Assembly: GCA_041752695.1 (NCBI GenBank)
Contig: JBGSVZ010000009.1
Location: 64,001 to 128,000 of the forward strand
Length of the DNA: 64,000 nucleotides
Source: Terrimicrobiaceae bacterium
GTDB taxonomy: Bacteria > Verrucomicrobiota > Verrucomicrobiia > Chthoniobacterales > Terrimicrobiaceae
Direction: 5' to 3'
Each line of letters opens with the position of its first letter. The first letter of the stretch is position 1. Shown here in pieces: positions 56,547-64,000 of this stretch. The notes under the pieces were generated by a model, which searched no databases, was not told the origin of the DNA, and saw only the letters and a program-made list of their open reading frames with translations. The position numbers and the translations under genes were made by a program.

Positions 56547-57623
56547 TCAGGCGTTGCGCCCGATGCAGTTCAGGTCCTCGAAGGAGCTGAGGAGGCGCTT
56601 GGTGAAGGCCGCTTCGCCAGCGCCGACCCACACGCGCGGGTCGTAATATTTTTTGTTCGGCGCATCGGGACCTTTCGGGTTGCCGATCTGGCCCTGCAGG
56701 TAGTCATGGTTGGCGGCCTCGTATTCGCGAACGCCGTCCCAGAACGCCCATTGCAGGTCGGTGTCGAGGTTCATCTTGATCGCGCCGTAGCCGAGGGCTT
56801 CGCGGATTTCCTCGCGGGTCGAACCCGAACCGCCGTGGAAGACAAAGTTCACCGGTTTCGGTCCTGTGCCGAACTTCTCTTCAATGTATTTCTGCGAGTC
56901 GTTGAGGATGGTCGGCTTGAGTTTCACGTTGCCGGGTTTGTACACGCCATGGACGTTGCCGAAGGCCGCCGCCACAGTGAAGTTCGGGCTCACCTTGAGG
57001 AGAGTTTCGTAAGCCAGGGCCACTTCCTCGGGTTTGGTGTAGAGGCTGGATTCCTCAACGCCGGAATTGTCCACCCCGTCTTCCTCGCCGCCGGTGACGC
57101 CGAGCTCGATTTCCAGGGTCATGCCCATCTTCGCCATGCGCTCGAGGTATTTGGCGCAGATCTCGAGGTTTTCCTCAATCGGTTCCTCGGACAGATCCAG
57201 CATGTGCGAGCTGTAGAGGGGTTTGCCGGTTTTGGCGAACTGCTCTTCGCTGGCCGCCAGCATGCCGTCCACCCAGGGAAGGAGTTTTTTGGCGCAATGG
57301 TCGGTGTTGAGAATGACGGGCACGCCGTAGGCCTTGGCCGCCGCATCCACGTAATGCGCCCCGGCAATGCCGCCGAGGACGGGGCCGAGCTGATTGTCGC
57401 CCTTTACGCCTTTGCCGATGAAAAACTGGGCGCCGCCATTGGAGAACTGGATCATCGTCGGGGACTTGACCTCACGCGCGGCGGCCAGGGTGGCGTTCAC
57501 CGTGCTGGTGCTGATGCAATTGACGGCCGGAAGCGCGAACTCGTTCGCCTTCGCGTAGTCCAGCATTTCCTTCACCTCTTCGCCGAAGAGAACCCCGGCC
57601 CGGAATTGTTTTTTGTCGCTCAT
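56547..57623 (-). CDS. fbaA: class II fructose-bisphosphate aldolase
   Basis: TDHCAKK, HMLDLSEE, EIELGVTGGEEDG, FGNVHGVY, FHGGSG, YDPR. Confidence 0.95.
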   Translation of the reverse strand: MSDKKQFRAGVLFGEEVKEMLDYAKANEFALPAVNCISTSTVNATLAAAREVKSPTMIQFSNGGAQFFIGKGVKGDNQLGPVLGGIAGAHYVDAAAKAYGVPVILNTDHCAKKLLPWVDGMLAASEEQFAKTGKPLYSSHMLDLSEEPIEENLEICAKYLERMAKMGMTLEIELGVTGGEEDGVDNSGVEESSLYTKPEEVALAYETLLKVSPNFTVAAAFGNVHGVYKPGNVKLKPTILNDSQKYIEEKFGTGPKPVNFVFHGGSGSTREEIREALGYGAIKMNLDTDLQWAFWDGVREYEAANHDYLQGQIGNPKGPDAPNKKYYDPRVWVGAGEAAFTKRLLSSFEDLNCIGRNA

Positions 57624-57743
57624 AAGAATGGGATAATGGATTGCCCGCCCGCGCAATACCGTCCGCGGGGAGTGTTGTCGAGTCCGGGTTTTTTCGGGGG
57701 AGGTTTCGGCAGGAAATGCCCAGTGCGGCAGCCCGGCGGAGGG

Positions 57744-58094
57744 TTACCCTCCCGCGATGGCGCCGATGATGAACAACGGTTCTTTCCCGGAAGAAACGTC
57801 TTCCGGCAGGAGCGTATCTGGCGCGTCGTTGGACAAATCGTTTCCCCCGGCAAAAAAGCGGAGGAAGGCCCGGCGTTTCCGCGTCCCGTGGTCACGAATG
57901 GTCCCTCGCAGCATCGGAAAATTCTCTTCGAGCGCATTCAGCACGGCCTCGATCGAGATCGGCTCGGCCACCTCAACGGTCACCTCATCGTCCACCCGCG
58001 CCAGATTCCGGAGGTGAAACGGCAGCACGATGCGGATGAGGGAGGGCCGAGGGCCGGGGGCCGGGGGCCGAGGGGAGTTGTGCGGTGTCCTCAT
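57744..58094 (-). CDS. MoaD/ThiS ubiquitin-like (beta-grasp) protein
   Basis: IRIVLPFHLRNLA...FPMLRGTIRD...AIAGG* C-terminal di-glycine. Confidence 0.85.
   Translation of the reverse strand: MRTPHNSPRPPAPGPRPSLIRIVLPFHLRNLARVDDEVTVEVAEPISIEAVLNALEENFPMLRGTIRDHGTRKRRAFLRFFAGGNDLSNDAPDTLLPEDVSSGKEPLFIIGAIAGG
58044..58071. repeat. four GGGCCG(A/G) heptamers in-frame in the MoaD-like N-terminus
   Basis: GGGCCGA GGGCCGG GGGCCGG GGGCCGA; encodes PRPPAPGPRP on the minus strand. Confidence 0.7.
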
Positions 58095-58114
58095 ATCACT
58101 CGGCCCTTTCACTT

Positions 58115-59233
58115 TCACTCTCGCAGAGTCTGCACTTCGACGGAGAGCACCGCGGGCAGGTCCCGCACGATGGCTTCCCACGAATCCCCGCCATTGGCCG
58201 AGACATAAACCTGGCCACCGGTCGTGCCAAAATACACTCCGCAGGGGTCCAACGAATCCACCGCCATCGCGTCCCGCAGGACGTTGACGTAACAATCCTG
58301 CTGCGGCAGGCCCTTGGTCAGCGCCTCCCACTCATTGCCGCCCGTGCGACTGCGATAGACCCGCAGTTTTCCCTCGGGCGGGAAATGTTCGGAATCGCTC
58401 TTGATCGGCACCACGTAGATCGTTTCGGGTTCGTTGGCATTGACCTCAATGGGGAACCCGAAGTCGCTCGGCAGGTCGCCGCTCACCTCGTGCCACGACG
58501 CGCCCGCGTCATCGCTGCGCATCACATCCCAATGTTTTTGCATGAAGAGAGTTTCCGGTCGCGAAGGATGCAAAGCGAGGCGATGCACACAATGTCCGAC
58601 CTCGGCCAGAGGATCAGGCAAAAACTCCGACTTCAATCCCCGATTGATCGGTTTCCAGGTTGTCCCTCCATCGTCGCTGCGAAACGCCCCTGCCGCGGAA
58701 ATTGCCACGAAGATCCGGTCCGGATTTTTCGGATCCAGCAGGATGGTGTGCAGACACATGCCCCCCGCCCCCGGCTGCCAGAGGGGCCCGGTGTCATGGC
58801 CGCGGAGACCCGGCAGTTCCAGCCAGGATTTCCCACCGTCGGTGGACTTAAAGAGCCCGGCATCTTCCACTCCGGCGAAAACCGTTTCCGGATCGCTCAG
58901 CGAAGGTTCCACATGCCAGACCCGTTTGAACTCCCACGGGTGCTGCGTCCCATCATACCATTGGTGAGTGCCTGTCGGGCCCTGATAGGCAAACTCGTTG
59001 CCGACCGCCTCCCAGGTTTTGCCCCCATCCTCGGAACGCTGCATCACCTGACCGAACCACCCACTGGTCTGGGAAGCATAAAGGCGGTCGGGATTCACCG
59101 GCGAGCCTTTCACATGATAAATCTCCCAGCCCCCAAAATGCGGCCCGCTGACGGTCCAATTCTGCCGTTTGCCGTCTGAGGTCAGGATAAATGCGCCCTT
59201 CCGGGTCCCGACCAAAACGCGAATCGTGCTCAT
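58115..59233 (-). CDS. BNR/Asp-box beta-propeller protein (sialidase-like fold, cytoplasmic)
   Basis: Repeated SxDGGxTW/SW Asp boxes; no signal peptide. Confidence 0.85.
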   Translation of the reverse strand: MSTIRVLVGTRKGAFILTSDGKRQNWTVSGPHFGGWEIYHVKGSPVNPDRLYASQTSGWFGQVMQRSEDGGKTWEAVGNEFAYQGPTGTHQWYDGTQHPWEFKRVWHVEPSLSDPETVFAGVEDAGLFKSTDGGKSWLELPGLRGHDTGPLWQPGAGGMCLHTILLDPKNPDRIFVAISAAGAFRSDDGGTTWKPINRGLKSEFLPDPLAEVGHCVHRLALHPSRPETLFMQKHWDVMRSDDAGASWHEVSGDLPSDFGFPIEVNANEPETIYVVPIKSDSEHFPPEGKLRVYRSRTGGNEWEALTKGLPQQDCYVNVLRDAMAVDSLDPCGVYFGTTGGQVYVSANGGDSWEAIVRDLPAVLSVEVQTLRE

Positions 59234-59237
59234 GGAA

Positions 59238-59600
59238 TCAGGCCTCCACCAAAGTTTGAAATCCGCCGTATGCCATGCGGAGATAGTCGAAAGGCGAGTC
59301 TTCGGGGCAACACAATTGATGAATGCGGGGATCAGCCATGACCCTCGCATTCACCTCGTCGCGGTGAGCGCGCGACTCGTACGTGATATAGGCAAAAACC
59401 ACGGTTTCCCCCGGTCGGGCGGACGCCAGGTGAGGGAACGTCACCATGTCCTTGTCGATCGGATCTTCGAGCAGGCACTCGCGATATTCCAGCGCGCCGT
59501 GTTCACTCCAGATCTTCGAGGCTTTTGCGGCAATCTCCCGGTAGGCTTCCACGTTTTTTTCCGGCAGCGGAATGACAAATCCATCGACATATTTGCTCAT
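59238..59600 (-). CDS. DUF1428 (YbaA-like) protein
   Basis: [44 protein letters not shown]. Confidence 0.88.
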   Translation of the reverse strand: MSKYVDGFVIPLPEKNVEAYREIAAKASKIWSEHGALEYRECLLEDPIDKDMVTFPHLASARPGETVVFAYITYESRAHRDEVNARVMADPRIHQLCCPEDSPFDYLRMAYGGFQTLVEA

Positions 59601-60292
59601 GATTTTTTGGGGTTAGGGTGATTGATTGGGCGGGGGTGAGCCTTGGGGGTTTTGCGACGAGAAGGAGGCCCGGCCTCCCCGCCGAATAGGTCGTCGACAT
59701 GCGCCCGGGCACGTTCGAGATTTTTTAGAATGATCTCCGGATCCCGGCGCGTTTTCGCCACCAGCATGGATCCCTGCCAGAGGCTATTGAGATACCAGGC
59801 GACTTCCTCCGCCTCAAAATCCACCCGCGGTTTACGCGCCGCCTTGGCCTCTTCCAGCAACTGGCGGGCAAACTCGGTCCAATTCCCCAGATAGGTCGCG
59901 CAGGCCCCGCGCAAAAGCGGATTCGCGTTGGCCAACTCCTGGGACATGATGCCCACGACACAGGTCACCGGCGAGGGAGCCGCAACCACCATACCGGCCA
60001 TGATCTCGAAAAATCGATGCACGTGATCCAGCGGATAGCGGGCCGGCTTCGCGCGGGCTTCGGCATACAGGCCCATGCCAAAAGCCGCCCAATCCGCCAG
60101 GGCGGCCTGCCCGATCTCGTCCTTCGTCTTAAAATGGTGGAAAAAGGCTCCCTTGGTCACTCCGGCAGCGGCACAGATCTGATCCACCCCCGCCCCCGAA
60201 AACCCCCGCTGCAGCACCAAATCCCGAGTCGCCGAAACCAGCTTCTTGCGCGTCATTTCAGGGTTACGGGACCGGGTGGACTTTGCGTTCAT
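59597..60292 (-). CDS. TetR/AcrR family regulator
   Basis: GF...VDQIC.AAGVTKGAFFHHFKTKDEI HTH; start may be 60256. Confidence 0.9.
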   Translation of the reverse strand: MNAKSTRSRNPEMTRKKLVSATRDLVLQRGFSGAGVDQICAAAGVTKGAFFHHFKTKDEIGQAALADWAAFGMGLYAEARAKPARYPLDHVHRFFEIMAGMVVAAPSPVTCVVGIMSQELANANPLLRGACATYLGNWTEFARQLLEEAKAARKPRVDFEAEEVAWYLNSLWQGSMLVAKTRRDPEIILKNLERARAHVDDLFGGEAGPPSRRKTPKAHPRPINHPNPKKS

Positions 60293-60293
60293 T

Positions 60294-60309
60294 CAAACCG
60301 GTTGGTATG
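60294..60309. promoter_or_regulatory. probable TetR autoregulatory operator
   Basis: Imperfect palindrome CAAACC-GGTT-GGTATG directly upstream of tetR; TTGACC -35-like hexamer at 60336-60331 on the minus strand. Confidence 0.5.
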
Positions 60310-60396
60310 TAAATTCAAGGAAGGGGCAGGGGTCAATGGAAATCCTCATTTCCCCATTTCCCTGGGTGTGAATAAAAGTGGGGGAGGTCTGCAAGA

Positions 60397-60580
60397 GGGC
60401 TGAAGGCCCGCTATTCCACAGCCCGGGTCAAAGGCCGGAAAAAATGGCGGCCTGAACGGCCGCGATAGGATGCCCGTCCCTCCCCATGGCTCAATCGCGG
60501 CCCTTCAGGCCGCTCGAAATGGACCATCGTGAACCCAGCCCTGCGGACTGGGCTATGATACTCCCGCACCTTTGGTACTG
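60397..60580. repeat. nested-palindrome (MITE-like) element, copy 2
   Basis: Same module order as 43717-43920: ATTCCACAGCCCGG..GGCCGG / GCGGCCTGAACGGCCGCGAT / ATCGCGGCCCTTCAGGCCGC / ACCCAGCCC..CTGGGCTATG / GCACCTTTGGTAC. Confidence 0.75.
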
Positions 60581-60674
60581 GTCTTGAACCTCACCCACTA
60601 TTGATCTCGCCCCATTTCCCTCCTCGCGTCTTTCGGAGTTTGCAGAAACCCGGTCCTGCGCTTAAGGAAAACTC

Positions 60675-60833
60675 ATGAAGGTCTTTCTGGTGTTGCTGGT
60701 GTTTGTTGGGGTTTCGGGCTGTACGACCGACTCGCAAGGACGGAAAGAGAGCGCCTGGGAGGCCCTGAAGCGCTGGGACCAGAGCATGGTCGACACCGAG
60801 AACCGGATTCAGAACAAGAAATATCACGACTGA
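60675..60833 (+). CDS. small lipoprotein (52 aa, absent from the ORF track)
   Basis: AAGGA SD upstream; MKVFLVLLVFVGVSG-C lipobox, then TTDSQGRKESAWEALKRWDQSMVDTENRIQNKKYHD*. Confidence 0.7.
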   Translation: MKVFLVLLVFVGVSGCTTDSQGRKESAWEALKRWDQSMVDTENRIQNKKYHD

Positions 60834-60947
60834 TTCAGAGCGCGTCTCTCAGACTCCCTTTCCCCATCCGCGCCCCTCCGCTTCATTTGCCTTCGGCTGT
60901 CTCCGCTTCGCTCCGGCTGCGGTTAGACTCTTCTGCGTCGCCCCGAC

Positions 60948-62228
60948 TCAGCTCAAAAAAACCTTCACCAACTCCTCGATCACCCCGTCGTTCATCGGTT
61001 GGACCTCCCCGAGAGCGCGACTGTTGATGACGGCTTCCGCGGTGGACTCCAGCACCTCCAGACGGTCGAAGGCGTCGAGAATGTTTTGTCCCAGCACGAG
61101 GGCGCAGTCGTTCCGGACCAGGGCAATCGGCGCCGCCGGCGAGAGGGAAGAGGCGATCAGTTCGGGGTCGTCGTAGATCGCCGCGAATGGCAGCACCGCG
61201 ACATCGCGGAGGAAAATGTAACTCTCCGGAATGGTGCGCGTATCGAGCACGGCGTCGGACACGGAAAAAGCCGTGGCGTTGACCGGGGTGGCATTCACAA
61301 TGGCCCGGATTTCCGGGTGGCGCGCGTAAATCGGCGCATGTAGCAGATGGGCCCGACTAGGGCGTCCGCCGGTTTCGCAGCGTCCGCCACGCACGAGAAC
61401 CAACTGGTCCGGCGTGATGGTTGCCCGGTCCACCAGTTCTCCCGTGATAAGGAACGATTCGGCATCGACCCGCACAGAAAAGCTGCCGGCCGTGCTGGTG
61501 AGCAAACGCTGTTGGTAGCCACGTCGGATGAAGTCGCACAACTCGGCCCGCAGCGCGCGCTCCTCGCTTGAGGCGCTCCCCGCGTCGAAGGTCTCCAGCG
61601 CGGTCACGGGCTTCTCGCCTACCTGGAGTTCGGCGTCCGACAGGTAGCGCACGTCGCCCAGCACACTGGCCTTGACGATGGTTTTGGCCACAAACTCCAG
61701 CATTTCAAACCGGCGGAAAGCCCCTTGAAAATCCGCTCCACCCACCACGACCCCGTGGTTTTCCAGCATCACACAGTCATGGCCGTGCGTGAAAACTTCC
61801 GCGATGCGCTCGCCCAGCAACGCGCTCCCCGGCAGCGCGTAGGGCGCAAAACCCACCTGGCCGCAGATCGCGTGCGCCTTGGCAAAAAGACGGGTGTCCG
61901 GCGTGCGTCCGCAAATGCTAAACGCGACAAGCGCCACCGGATGGGCGTGAATGATCGCACTGAGATCGGGCCGCAATTCGTAGATGCGTTTGTGGAAAGG
62001 AAACTCAGACGACGGCTTGTGGCGGCCCTCGGATGTTCCGTCGGGCAGGACACGCACGATGTCTTCGCGGCGCAGGGCACCTTTGTCCACTCGGGCCGGC
62101 GTGATCCAGATGGAGCCGTCCCGGTCGCGGATGGAGAGGTTTCCTCCCGACGTCGTGGTCATGCGGTAGCGGTAGATGCGGGCCATGGCGTTGACCAGGC
62201 AGTCGGCGGGATGCAGGATGTCTCTCAT
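60948..62228 (-). CDS. class II aldolase/adducin family protein with tandem duplicated domain
   Basis: Domain 1: GGNLS, KPSSE..FH, HAHP, LENHG. Domain 2 repeats the pattern: AGSFS, RPSRA..LH, NATP, VRNDC. Confidence 0.85.
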   Translation of the reverse strand: MRDILHPADCLVNAMARIYRYRMTTTSGGNLSIRDRDGSIWITPARVDKGALRREDIVRVLPDGTSEGRHKPSSEFPFHKRIYELRPDLSAIIHAHPVALVAFSICGRTPDTRLFAKAHAICGQVGFAPYALPGSALLGERIAEVFTHGHDCVMLENHGVVVGGADFQGAFRRFEMLEFVAKTIVKASVLGDVRYLSDAELQVGEKPVTALETFDAGSASSEERALRAELCDFIRRGYQQRLLTSTAGSFSVRVDAESFLITGELVDRATITPDQLVLVRGGRCETGGRPSRAHLLHAPIYARHPEIRAIVNATPVNATAFSVSDAVLDTRTIPESYIFLRDVAVLPFAAIYDDPELIASSLSPAAPIALVRNDCALVLGQNILDAFDRLEVLESTAEAVINSRALGEVQPMNDGVIEELVKVFLS

Positions 62229-62232
62229 AAAA

Positions 62233-63342
62233 TCAGGGCACGACGGCCAGTTTGATGCCTTCCAGGGCGATGTTTGTCTCCATGGCGTCGGTGATCTTAT
62301 CCAGCGGAAACGTGTGGGTGACGAGATCCTCAATCGGGAGGCCGATGCGGACCAGGTGGCGGATCATGGCAATGGCCACGGGATACTCCTGCGGTGTGTA
62401 AACCCAGGAGCCGACGGCGGTGATTTCCTTTTTGCAAAGATCTTCATGCGGGTTGATTTCGCAGGTGCCGTTGTCCATGAAAAATCCGACCTCGCAGAGT
62501 CCTCCGCCTCGCCGGACGAATTTCCAGATCGCCGCGGCGGCCGCGGGAACCCCCGTGCATTGAAAAGCAAAATCCACCCCGCGTCCGCGCGTTGCCCCCC
62601 GGACAAATTCCACCACATCCCGCCCCTCCCCGATTTGCACGACCTGCGCGGCTCCCATGGCGCGGGCCATTTCCAGGCGGGCCGGCACGCCATCCACCGC
62701 GATGATGTTTTCCACGCCGTAGGCAAAGAGCGTGGCAATCATCATGAGGCCAATCGGCCCGCAGCCCTGCACCAGCACGGCGCTGGAAAAATTGAGCAGA
62801 CCCGTCGTTTTCGCCCGCTCGAGAGCATGCACCGTCACCGCCATCGGTTCGATCAGCAGGCGCTGCTTGAGGGTCATGCCATTCACTTTAAAAACCGTGG
62901 AGCCGGCCCGAACGACAAGATGTGTCGCAAAGTACCCATTGAGATGCCGCCCCGGTTCGTCGGGCAGGAGCCCGTAAACCCCGAGCGAGTCACTGAGATT
63001 GGAGCGCGCCGGAAAATCGTGGGTGAACGGGCAATCGTCCGGCACCAGCACCGACGTGACAATTTGGTCGCCTGGAACCAGCACTTCCCCGGCAAAATCC
63101 CGCACGTCGCCGCCGGACGCCAGAATTGTCCCCGATCCCTCGTGGCCCAGCACGACGGGAACGAGCCCAAACGGATCACGCTTGTATTCATGAACGTCGG
63201 TACCGCAGATCCCGCAGCCCTCCACTTGGACCAGCAACTCACCTGGACCGGGATAGGGGATGGGAAACTCGCGGAATTCGATCTGACGGGGGCCCGTCAG
63301 CACAGCGGCGCGCGCCGCGCCGGGAAAGGTTAAATCACTCAT
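62233..63342 (-). CDS. zinc-binding (MDR) sugar/polyol dehydrogenase
   Basis: GICGTD, GHE, EP, GCGPIG. Confidence 0.88.
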   Translation of the reverse strand: MSDLTFPGAARAAVLTGPRQIEFREFPIPYPGPGELLVQVEGCGICGTDVHEYKRDPFGLVPVVLGHEGSGTILASGGDVRDFAGEVLVPGDQIVTSVLVPDDCPFTHDFPARSNLSDSLGVYGLLPDEPGRHLNGYFATHLVVRAGSTVFKVNGMTLKQRLLIEPMAVTVHALERAKTTGLLNFSSAVLVQGCGPIGLMMIATLFAYGVENIIAVDGVPARLEMARAMGAAQVVQIGEGRDVVEFVRGATRGRGVDFAFQCTGVPAAAAAIWKFVRRGGGLCEVGFFMDNGTCEINPHEDLCKKEITAVGSWVYTPQEYPVAIAMIRHLVRIGLPIEDLVTHTFPLDKITDAMETNIALEGIKLAVVP

Positions 63343-63428
63343 AGTGGTGCATTTATTAGCTAAACTAATTTTCTACATAAGCAAGAAAAACCCACACAAA
63401 AACAGATTTTCCCAACTCTGAGACCCTC

Positions 63429-63457
63429 TTGCCAGCGTTCCCCGACCTGCGTAAAGT
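63429..63457 (+). promoter_or_regulatory. sigma70-like promoter of yebC
   Basis: TTGCCA-N17-TAAAGT, 9 pyrimidines before the ATG, no SD. Confidence 0.55.
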
Positions 63458-63466
63458 CTTCCTTCT

Positions 63467-64000
63467 ATGGGACGTCAATGGCTGCATGCCAAAAGAGAAG
63501 TTGCCGGTTTAAAGAAGGGGCAGATGGTCGGAAAGCTGGTGAAGGAAATCATGGTCGCCGCCAAACATGGCGGGCCGGACCTGGACGGAAACGCCCGGCT
63601 TTTTGCCGCCTGCGAGAAGGCGCGCCGTCAGAGCGTGAAGAGCGATGTGATTGAGCGCGCCATCAAGAAGGGCGCGGGCATCGGCGAGGACAAGCTGATC
63701 CTCGATCATATCGTTTATGAAGGCTACGCTCCCCACAAAGTGCCGGTGATCGTCGAGGTTCTTACAGACAACAACAACCGCACCGCGCCTGAGATTCGCA
63801 ATCTTTTCAAAAGGGGCCAGCTTGGCACGCCGGGCAGCAACAAGTTTCTCTTCGACCACGTGGGCCTGGTGGAAGCGCACCGACCCGACACCGCGGACAT
63901 CGAGGAGGCCGCCATCGAGGCCGGAGCCAACGAAGTGGAACCCCTCACCCACGCGCAGAACGACGACATTCCCGAAGGGGCCACCGGGGCGCGCTTCGTC
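63467..64000 (+). CDS. yebC: YebC/PmpR family protein, 3'-truncated by window edge
   Basis: MGRQW...KLVKEIMVAAK.GGPD..GNARL...IERAIKKG...YEGY...TDNNNRT. Confidence 0.92.
   Translation, partial: MGRQWLHAKREVAGLKKGQMVGKLVKEIMVAAKHGGPDLDGNARLFAACEKARRQSVKSDVIERAIKKGAGIGEDKLILDHIVYEGYAPHKVPVIVEVLTDNNNRTAPEIRNLFKRGQLGTPGSNKFLFDHVGLVEAHRPDTADIEEAAIEAGANEVEPLTHAQNDDIPEGATGARFV

Noticed and set aside
56430..58208. 592-aa plus-strand ORF, and similar long shadows (4133-5575, 16508-17944, 25750-27465, 30312-31802, 44259-45524)
   Set aside because: Antisense to well-supported genes; no independent protein motifs.
60840..60945. Possible composite repeat or ncRNA between convergent genes
   Set aside because: Only short hairpin-like bits and no second copy in the window.

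Overview
GC-rich bacterial chromosomal window, most likely Verrucomicrobia (inference from a PEP-CTERM protein, a prepilin-type H-X9-DG protein, futalosine-pathway mqnC and the repeat style). It carries about 70 genes. These are mostly housekeeping and metabolic: a detached nuoI-N block, 2-oxoacid dehydrogenase E1a/E1b/E2, acpP, ppk2, mqnC, leuS, alaS, fbaA, fbaB and a partial yebC. There are also three PIN-type toxin-antitoxin pairs, a GluR0-like K+ channel, a SWIM-SNF2 helicase and a KaiC-like ATPase/hybrid kinase pair. No rRNA, tRNA or CRISPR array was seen. The most striking structure is a REP-associated HUH tyrosine transposase (RAYT, 48367-48966) sitting flush between palindromic GTTGGAG-tagged REP doublets. 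Seven doublets of this family occur in the window, and their stems show compensatory changes. One is translated in-frame inside alanyl-tRNA synthetase. Three supply the stop codons and C-terminal tails of unrelated proteins (AlaRS and a DNA-alkylation repair protein both end LESSPA*). Two near-identical 70-bp copies directly bracket a [repair gene-REP-RAYT] block in a cassette-like layout. Other palindromic or heptamer repeats are inserted in-frame in the SNF2 helicase, LeuRS and a MoaD-like protein. Protein calls rest on motif recognition only; no database search was run.
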